Shown here: in pieces, positions 54,601-64,000 of the stretch
Numbering within the stretch: the stretch's first letter is position 1
Layout: every line of letters begins with the position of its first letter
Source of the DNA: Eledone cirrhosa
Lineage: Eukaryota
Assembly (NCBI GenBank): GCA_964016885.1
Contig: OZ024744.1
Span: forward strand, 8,866,001 to 8,930,000
Direction of reading: 5' to 3'
Length of the DNA stretch: 64,000 bases
Notes under the pieces: model-generated
The model's database searches: none
Told to the model about the DNA's origin: nothing
What the model saw: the letters and a program-made list of their open reading frames with translations, nothing else
Position numbers and translations under genes: made by a program

Positions 54601-57600
54601 TTTTGGTGTGTTAGTAGGCTTCTGTCATCTTACCATCCCACTCCTACCGACTAGCCTCAGTGTCACGTGATTGATTCTTTAGAATCTACCATTTGACCAG
54701 TGTCAGCGAGATTTTCAGTGCATGGAATCCAGTCCCCGCTAGCTGTTCCATTTACCGAATTATTATTATTTTTATATGAGTCCCCAGTGTCCGCGCATTG
54801 CCTGGAGACTTAGCTGAGAATAGACCTCCCTGATGACGCAATGAATTCTCAACAGTTTATTACGTAACTGTCTTTATCCCATTGCAGAAACTAATTAGTT
54901 GGAGTGAAAATTTTAGTAAGTAAGTTAATTTTTAAAAGATTTTTAAAATTTTCTTATTTTACGTCTTTTATATTATTGTTCTGCATCCTCCTGCATTGAA
55001 CCACCTAGATACTATGACATAACCTGTGTATTTGCTGACATTAGCGTACATCTGTGCGCATATGTTAGTAGATATACTAAATTCTCTATTTTTAGCTCCA
55101 AATCACTTTGTCGAGCAAACCTGCCAAAACCACTACTAAATTTTTGGTGTGATAGTAGGCTTCTGTCATCTTACCATCCCACTCCTACCGACTAGCCTCA
55201 GTGTCACGTGATTGATTTTTTAGAATCTACCATTTGACCAGTGACAGCGAGATTTTCAGTGCATGGAATCCAGTCCCCGCTAGCTGTTCCATTTACCAAA
55301 TTATTATTATTTTTATATGTGTCCCCAGTGTCCGCGCATTGCCTGGAGACTTAGCTGAGAATAGACCTCCCTGATGACGCAATTAATTCTCAACAGTTTA
55401 TTACGTAACTGTCTTTATCCCATTGCAGAAACTAATTAGTTGGAGTGAAAATTTTAGTAAGTAAGTTAATTTTTTTAAAAATTTTTTTAATTTTCTTATT
55501 TACGTCTTTTATATTATTGTTCTGCATCCTCCTGCATTGAACCACCTAGATACTATGACATAACCTGTGTATTTGCTGACATTAGCGTGCATCTGTGCGC
55601 ATATGTTAGTAGATATACTAAATTCTCTATAATCAGTTTGTCGAGCAAACCTCCAAAACCACTACTAAATTTTTGGTGTGTTAGTAGTCTTCTGTCATCT
55701 TACCATCCCACTCCTACCGACTAGCCTCAGTGTCACGTGATTGATTTTTTAGAATCTACCATTTGAACAGTGACAGCGAGATTTTCAGTGCATGGAATCC
55801 AGTCCGCGCTAGCTGTTCCATTTACCGAATTATTATTATTTTTATATGAGTCCCCAGTGTCCGCGCATTGCCTGGAGACTTAGCTGAGAATAGACCTCCC
55901 TGATGATGCAATGAATTCTCAACAGTTTATTACGTAACTGTCTTTATCCCATTGCAGAAACTAATTAGTTGGAGTGAAAATTTTAGTAAGTAAGTTAATT
56001 TTTAAAAAAATTTTTTTAATTTTCTTATTTTACGTCTTTTATATTATTGTTCTGCATCCTCCTGCATTGAACCACCTAGGTACTATGACATAACCTGTGT
56101 ATTTGCTGACATTAGCGTACATCTGTGCGCATATGTTAGTAGATATACTAAATTCTCTATATTTAACTCCAAATCAGTTTGTCGAGCAAACCTCCAAAAC
56201 CACTACTAAATTTTTGGTGTGTTAGTAGGCTTCTGTCATCTTACCATCCCACTCCTACCGACTAGCCTCAGTGTCACCTGATTGATTTTTTAGAATCTAC
56301 CATTTGACCAGTGACAGCGAGATTTTCAGTGCATGGAATCCAGTCCCCGCTAGCTGTTCCATTTACCGAATTATTATTATTTTTATATGAGTCCCCAGTG
56401 TCCGCGCATTGCCTGGAGACTTAGCTGAGAATAGACCTCCCTGATGACGCAATGAATTCTCAACAGTTTATTACGAAACTGTCTTTATCCCATTGCAGAA
56501 ACTAATTAGTTGGAGTGAAAACTTTAGTAAGTAAGTTAATTTTTTAAACATTTTAAAAATTTTCTTATTTTACGTCTTTTATATTATTGTTCTGCATCCT
56601 CCTGCATTGAACCACCTAGATACTATGACATAACCTGTGTATTTGCTGACATTAGCGTACATCTGTGCGCATATGTTAGTATATATACTAAATTCTCTAT
56701 ATTTATCTCCAAATCAGTTTGTCGAGCAAACCTGCCAAAACCACTACTAAATTGTTGGTGTGTTAGTAGGCTTCTGTCATCTTACCATCCCACTCCTACC
56801 GACTAGCCTCAGTGTCACGTGATTGATTCTTTAGAATCTACCATTTGACCAGTGACAGCGAGATTTTCAGTGCATGGAATCCAGTCCCCGCTAGCTGTTC
56901 CATTTACCGAATTATTATTATTTTTATATGAGTCCCCAGTGTCCGCGCATTGCCTGGAGACTTAGCTGAGAATAGACCTCCCTGATGACGCAATGAATTC
57001 TCAACAGTTTATTACGTAACTGTCTTTATCCCATTGCAGAAACTAATTAGTTGGAGTGAACATTTTAGTAAGTAAGTTAATTTTTAAAAAGTTTTTTAAA
57101 ATTTTCTTATTTTACCGCTTTTATATTATTGTTCTGCATCCTCCTGCATTGAACCACCTAGGTACTATGACATAACCTGTGTATTTGCTGACATTAGCGT
57201 ACATCTGTGCGCATATGTTAGTAGATATACTAAATTCTCTATATTTATCTCCAAATCACTTTGTCGAGTAAACCTGCCAAAACCACTACTAAATTTTTGG
57301 TGTGTTAGTAGGCTTCTGTCATCTTACCATCCCACTCCTACCGACTAGCCTCAGTGTCACGTGATTGATTTTTTAGAATCTACCATTTGACCAGTGACAG
57401 CGAGATTTTCAGTGCATGGAATCCAGTCCCCGCTAGCTGTTCCATTTACCGAATTATTATTATTTTTATATATGAGTCCCCAGTGTCCGCGCATTGCCTG
57501 GAGACTTAGCTGAGAATAGACCTCCCTGATGACGCAATGAATTCTCAACAGTTTATTACGTAACTGTCTTTATCCCATTGCAGAAACTAATAAGTTGGAG

Positions 57601-57700
57601 TGAAAATTTTAGTAAGTAAGTTAATTTTTAAAAAATTTTTTTTAATTTTCTTATTTTACGTCTTTTATATTATTGTTCTGCATCCTCCTGCATTGAACCA
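51700..57700. repeat. Tandem hexamer duplication (3238-bp unit), includes an 11-bp-deleted monomer
   Basis: gtgatagtag at 51911/55149; ttctctat|aatcag deletion at ~52392/~55630; attttaccgc at 53871/57109; ORFs 54119/57357. Confidence 0.9.
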
Positions 57701-58669
57701 CCTAGGTACTATGACATAACCTGTGTATTTGCTGACATTAGCGTACATCTGTGCGCATATGTTAGTAGATATACTAAATTCTCTATATTTAACTCCAAAT
57801 CACTTTGTCGAGCAAACCTGCCAAAACCACTACTACATTTTTGGTGTGTTAGTAGGCTTCTGTCATCTTACCATCCCACTCCTACCGACTAGCCTCAGTG
57901 TCACGTGATTGATTCTTTAGAATCTACCATTTGACCAGTGACAGCGAGATTTTCAGTGCATGGAATCCAGTCCCCGCTAGCTGTTCCATTTACCGAATTA
58001 TTATTATTTTTATATGAGTCCCCAGTGTCCGCGCATTGCCTGGAGACTTAGCTGAGAATAGACCTCCCTGATGACGCAATGAATTCTCAACAGTTTATTA
58101 CGTAACTGTCTTTATCCCATTGCAGAGACTAATTAGTTGGAGTGAAAATTTTAGTAAGTAAGTTAATTTTTTAAACATTTTTAAAATTTTCTTATTTTAC
58201 GTCTTTTATATTATTGTTCTGCATCCTCCTGCATTGAACCACCTAGGTACTATGACATAACCTGTGTATTTGCTGACATCAGCGTACATCTGTGCGCATA
58301 TGTTAGTAGATATACTAAATTCTCTATATTTATCTCCAAATCACTTTGTCGAGTAAACCTGCCAAAACCACTACTAAATTTCTGGTGTGTTAGTAGGCTT
58401 CTGTCATCTTACCATCCCACTCCTACCGACTAGCCTCAGTGTCACGTGATTGATTTTTTAGAATCTAACATTTGACCAGTGACAGCTAGATTTTCAGTGC
58501 ATGGAATCCAGTCCCCGCTAGCTGCTCCATTTACCGAATTATTATTATTTTTATATGAGACCCCAGTGACCGCGCATTGCCTGGAGACTTAGCTGAGAAT
58601 AGACCTCCCTGATGAGGCAATGAATTCTCAACAGTTTATTACGTAACTGTCTTTATCCCATTGCAGAAA

Positions 58670-61600
58670 CTAATTAGTTAGAGTGAACATTTTAGTAAGT
58701 AAGTTTTATTTTTTAAAAGTTTTTTTTAATTTTCTTATTTTACGTCTTTTGTATTATTGTTCTGCATCCTCCTGCATTGAACCACCTAGATACTATGACA
58801 TAACCTCTGTATTTGCTGACATTAGCGTACATCTGTGCGCATATGTTAGTAGATATACTAAATTCTCTATATTTATATCCAAATCACTTTTTCGAGCAAA
58901 CCTGCCAAAACCACTACTAAATTTTTGGTGTGTTAGCAGGCTTCTGTCATCTTACCATCCCACTCCTACCGACTAGCCTCAGTGTCACGTGATTGATTCT
59001 TTAGAATCTACCATTTGACCAGTGACAGCGAGATTTTCAGTGCATGGAATCCAGTCCCCGCTAGCTGTTCCATTTACCAAATTATTATTATTTTTATATG
59101 AGTCCCCAGTGTCCGCGCATTGCCTGGAGACTTAGCTGAGAATATACCTCCCTGATGATGCAATGAATTCTCAACAGTTTATTACGTAACTGTCTTTATC
59201 CCATTGCAGAAACTAATTAGTTGGAGTGAAAATTTTAGTAAGTAAGTTAATTTTTAAAAAAAATTTTTAAATTTTCTTATTTTACGTCTTTTATATTATT
59301 GTTCTGCATCCTCCTGCATTGAACCACCTAGGTACTATGACATAACCTGTGTATTTGCTGACATTAGCGTACATCTGTGCGCATATGTTAGTAGATATAC
59401 TAAATTCTCTATATTTAACTCCAAATCAGTTTGTCGAGCAAACCTCCAAAACCACTACTAAATTTTTGGTGTGTTAGTAGGCTTCTGTCATCTTACCATC
59501 CCACTCCTACCGACTAGCCTCAGTGTCACCTGATTGATTTTTTAGAATCTACCATTTGACCAGTGACAGCGAGATTTTCAGTGCATGGAATCCAGTCCCC
59601 GCTAGCTGTTCCATTTACCGAATTATTATTATTTTTATATGAGTCCCCAGTGTCCGCGCATTGCCTGGAGACTTAGCTGAGAATAGACCTCCCTGATGAC
59701 GCAATGAATTCTCAACAGTTTATTACGAAACTGTCTTTATCCCATTGCAGAAACTAATTAGTTGGAGTGAAAATTTTAGTAAGTAAGTTAATTTTTTAAA
59801 CATTTTAAAAATTTTCTTATTTTACGTCTTTTATATTATTGTTCTGCATCCTCCTGCATTGAACCACCTAGATACTATGACATAACCTGTGTATTTGCTG
59901 ACATTAGCGTACATCTGTGCGCATATGTTAGTAGATATACTAAATTCTCTATATTTATCTCCAAATCACTTTGTCGAGCAAACCTGCCAAAACCACTACT
60001 AAATTTTTGGTGTGTTAGTAGGCTTCTGTCATCTTACCATCCCACTCCTACCGACTAGCCTCAGTGTCACGAGATTCATTCTTTAGAATCTTCCATTTGA
60101 CCAGTGACAGCGAGATTTTCAGTGCATGGAATCCATTCCTCGCTAGCTGTTCCATTTACCGAATTATTATTATTTTTATATGAGTCCCCAGTGTCCGCGC
60201 ATTGCCTGGAGACTTAGCTGAGAATAGACCTCCCTGATGACGCAATGAATTCTCAACAGTTTATTACGTAACTGTCTTTATCCCATTGCAGAAACTAATT
60301 AGTTAGAGTGAACATTGTAGTAAGTAAGTTTTATTTTTTAAAAGTTTTTTTTAATTTTCTTATTTTACGTCTTTTGTATTATTGTTCTGCATCCTCCTGC
60401 ATTGAACCACCTAGATACTATGACATAACCTCTGTATTTGCTGACATTAGCGTACATCTGTGCGCATATGTTAGTAGATATACTAAATTCTCTATATTTA
60501 TATCCAAATCACTTTTTCGAGCAAACCTGCCAAAACCACTACTAAATTTTTGGTGTGTTAGTAGGCTTCTGCCATCTTACCATCCCACTCCTACCGACTA
60601 GCCTCAGTGTCACGTGATTGATTCTTTAGAATCTACCATTTGACCAGTGACAGCGAGATTTTCAGTGCATGGAATCCAGTCCCCGCTAGCTGTTCCATTT
60701 ACCAAATTATTATTATTTTTATATGAGTCCCCAGTGTCCGCGCATTGCCTGGAGACTTAGCTGAGAATATACCTCCCTGATGATGCAATGAATTCTCAAC
60801 AGTTTATTACGTAACTGTCTTTATCCCATTGCAGAAACTAATTAGTTGGAGTGAAAATTTTAGTAAGTAAGTTAATTTTTAAAAAAAATTTTTAAATTTT
60901 CTTATTTTACGTCTTTTATATTATTGTTCTGCATCCTCCTGCATTGAACCACCTAGGTACTATGACATAACCTGTGTATTTGCTGACATTAGCGTACATC
61001 TGTGCGCATATGTTAGTAGATATACTAAATTCTCTATATTTAACTCCAAATCAGTTTGTCGAACAAACCTCCAAAACCACTACTAAATTTTTGGTGTGTT
61101 AGTAGGCTTCTGTCATCTTACCATCCCACTCCTACCGACTAGCCTCAGTGTCACCTGATTGATTTTTTAGAATCTACCATTTGACCAGTGACAGCGAGAT
61201 TTTCAGTGCATGGAATCCAGTCCCCGCTAGCTGTTCCATTTACCGAATTATTATTATTTTTATATGAGTCCCCAGTGTCCGCGCATTGCCTGGAGACTTA
61301 GCTGAGAATAGACCTCCCTGATGACGCAATGAATTCTCAACAGTTTATTACGAAACTGTCTTTATCCCATTGCAGAAACTAATTAGTTGGAGTGAAAATT
61401 TTAGTAAGTAAGTTAATTTTTTAAACATTTTAAAAATTTTCTTATTTTACGTCTTTTATATTATTGTTCTGCATCCTCCTGCATTGAACCACCTAGATAC
61501 TATGACATAACCTGTGTATATGCTGACATTAGCGTACATCTGTGCGCATATGTTAGTAGATATACTAAATTCTCTATATTTATCTCCAAATCACTTTGTC

Positions 61601-64000
61601 AAGTAAACCTGCCAAAACCACTACTAAATTTATGGTGTGTTAGTAGGCTTCTGTCATCTTACCATCCCACTCCTACCGACTAGCCTCAGTGTCACGTGAT
61701 TGATTCTTTAGAATCTACCATTTGACCAGTGACAGCGAGATTTTCAGTGCATGGAATCCAGTCCCCGCTAGCTGTTCCATTTACCGAATTATTATTATTT
61801 TTATATGAGTCCCCAGTGTCCGCGCATTGCCTGGAGACTTAGCTGAGAATAGACCTCCCTGATGACGCAATGAATTCTCAACAGTTTATTACGTAACTGT
61901 CTTTATCCCATTGCAGAAACTAATTAGTTGGAGTGAACATTTTAGTAAGTAAGTTAATTTTTTAGAAGTTTTTTTTAAATTTCTTATTTTACGTCTTTTG
62001 TATTATTTTTCTGCATCCTCCTGCATTGAACCACCTAGATACTATGACATAACCTGTGTATATGCTGACATTAGCGTACATCTGTGCGCATATGTTAGTA
62101 GATATACTAAATTCTCTATATTTATATCCAAATCACTTTTTCGAGCAAACCTGCCAAAACCACTACTAAATTTTTGGTGTGTTAGTAGGCTTCTGTCATC
62201 TTACCATCCCACTCCTACCGACTAGCCTCAGTGTCACGTGATTGATTCTTTAGAATCTACCATTTGACCAGTGACAGCGAGATTTTCAGTGCATGGAATC
62301 CAGTCCCCGCTAGCTGTTCCATTTACCGAATTATTATTATTTTTATATGAGTCCCCAGTGTCCGCGCATTGCCTGGAGACTTAGCTGAGAATAGACCTCC
62401 CTGATGATGCAATGAATTCTCAACAGTTTATTACGTAACTGTCTTTATCCCATTGCAGAAACTAATTAGTTGGAGTGAAAATTTTAGTAAGTTAATTTTA
62501 AAAAAAATTTTTTTAATTTTCATATTTTACATCTTTTATATTATTGTTCTGCATCCTCCTGCATTGAACCACCTAGGTACTATGACATAACCTGTGTATT
62601 TGCTGACATTAGCGTACATCTGTGCGCATATGTTAGTAGATATACTAAATTCTCTATATTTATCTCCAAATCACTTTGTCGAGTAAACCTGCCAAAACCA
62701 CTACTAAATTTTTGGTGTGTTAGTAGGCTTCTGTCATCTTACCATCCCACTCCTACCGACTAGCCTCAGTGTCACGTGATTGATTTTTTAGAATCTACCA
62801 TTTGACCAGTGACAGCGAGATTTTCAGTGCATGGAATCCAGTCCCGGCTAGCTGTTCCATTTACCGAATTATTATTATTTTTATATATGAGTCCCCAGTG
62901 TCCGCGCATTGCCTGGAGACTTAGCTGAGAATAGACCTCCCTGATGACTCAATGAATTCTCAACAGTTTATTACGTAACTGTCTTTATCCCATTGCAGAA
63001 ACTAATAAGTTGGAGTGAAAATTTTAGTAAGTTAATTTTTAAAAAATTTTTTTAAATTTTCTTATTTTACGTCTTTTATATTATTGTTCTGCATCCTCCT
63101 GCATTGAACCACCTAGATACTATGACATAACCTGTGTATTTGCTGACACTAGCGTACATCTGTGCGCATATGTTAGTAGATATACTAAATTCTCTATATT
63201 TATCTGCAAATCACATTGTCGAGCAAACCTGCCAAAACCACTACTAAATTTTTGGTGTGTTAGTAGGCTTCTGTCATCTTACCATCCCACTCCTACCGAC
63301 TAGCCTCAGTGTCACGTGATTGATTCTTTAGAATCTACCATTTGACCAGTGACGGCGAGATTTTCAGTGCATGGAATCCAGTCCCCGCTAGCTGTTCCAT
63401 TTACCGAATTATTATTATTTTTATATGAGTCCCCAGTGTCCGCGCATTGCCTGGAGACTTAGCTGAGAATAGACCTCCCTGATGACGCAATGAATTCTCA
63501 ACAGTTTATTACGTAACTGTCTTTATCCCATTGCAGAAACTAATTAGTTGGAGTGAAAATTTTAGTAAGTAAGTTAATTATTTAAAAATTTTTAAAATTT
63601 TCTTATTTTACGTCTTTTATATTATTGTTCTGCATCCTCCTGCATTGAACCACCTAGATACTATGACATAACCTGTGTATTTGCTGACATTAGCGTACAT
63701 CTGTGCGCATATGTTTGTAGATATACTAAATTCTCTATTTTTAGCTCCAAATCACTTTGTCGAGCAAACCTGCCAAAACCACTACTAAATTTTTGGTGTG
63801 ATAGTAGGCTTCTGTCATCTTACCATCCCACTCCTACCGACTAGCCTCAGTGTCACGTGATTGATTTTTTAGAATCTACCATTTGACCAGTGACAGCGAG
63901 ATTTTCAGTGCATGGAATCCAGTCCCCGCTAGCTGTTCCATTTACCAAATTATTATTATTTTTATATGTGTCCCCAGTGTCCGCGCATTGCCTGGAGACT
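58670..64000. repeat. Dispersed copy of the ~44.6-52.1 kb block with only one copy of the 2161-bp tetramer
   Basis: ORF pairs 44635/58683, 46260/60308 and 47950/61998 are offset 14048. After ~63.5 kb the offset is 11887 = 14048-2161 (atagtaggct at 51914/63801). Confidence 0.87.

Larger units (their letters stand above)
1..64000. repeat. Tandem satellite-like array, ~540-541 bp monomer, ~118 head-to-tail copies, extending beyond both window ends
   Basis: The motif tttgctgaca recurs at 1, 541, 1082, 1623, 2164, 2705, 3245, 3786, 4327, 4868, 5408, 5949 and onward at the same spacing to the window end. No non-monomer sequence or inversion seen. Confidence 0.99.

Noticed and set aside
54119-57548. 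63-aa minus-strand ORFs
   Set aside because: They are opened only by a 2-bp TA insertion (tttatatatga) in these copies and are not conserved across monomers.
3687-62225. Recurrent 60-97 aa + strand ORFs (…YYCSASSCIEPPRYYDIT…PTPTD and relatives)
   Set aside because: They appear only in the minority of monomers where homopolymer indels or SNPs create a start, mostly GTG/TTG/CTG. Other copies have frameshifts or stops, and there is no recognisable domain. They are chance frames in a repeat.
1-64000. CRISPR array
   Set aside because: There are no unique spacers, the entire 540 bp is repeated, and no cas genes are present.
1-64000. 5S rRNA, tRNA, snRNA, SL-RNA or histone tandem gene cluster
   Set aside because: The unit size is compatible, but I recognise no 5S, tRNA cloverleaf, U snRNA or histone sequence on either strand. 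An Rfam/Infernal scan would be the decisive check.

Overview
The whole 64 kb window is one uninterrupted head-to-tail tandem array of an AT-rich ~540-541 bp monomer (~118 copies). All copies are in the same orientation and differ only by scattered SNPs and small indels. It looks like eukaryotic satellite/heterochromatic DNA, but I cannot assign the family or organism. I see no credible protein-coding gene, tRNA/rRNA, transposon insertion or CRISPR array; the ORFs in the track are chance readings of the monomer. Diagnostic SNPs reveal irregular higher-order structure: tandem duplications of 2, 3, 4, 5, 6 and 13 monomers, dispersed block copies 14-18 kb apart, two deletion-variant monomers, a probable gene-conversion patch and two sequence sub-domains. 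The most interesting signal is inside the monomer. It carries a 52-nt stem-loop whose five non-Watson-Crick stem pairs are all G·U on the + strand. A second hairpin ~88 nt downstream appears paralogous and shows compensatory changes. There are further hairpins and a putative AG/GTAAGT-bounded mini-exon. This raises the untested possibility that the array is a massively amplified structured-RNA (miRNA-like) cassette rather than inert satellite.
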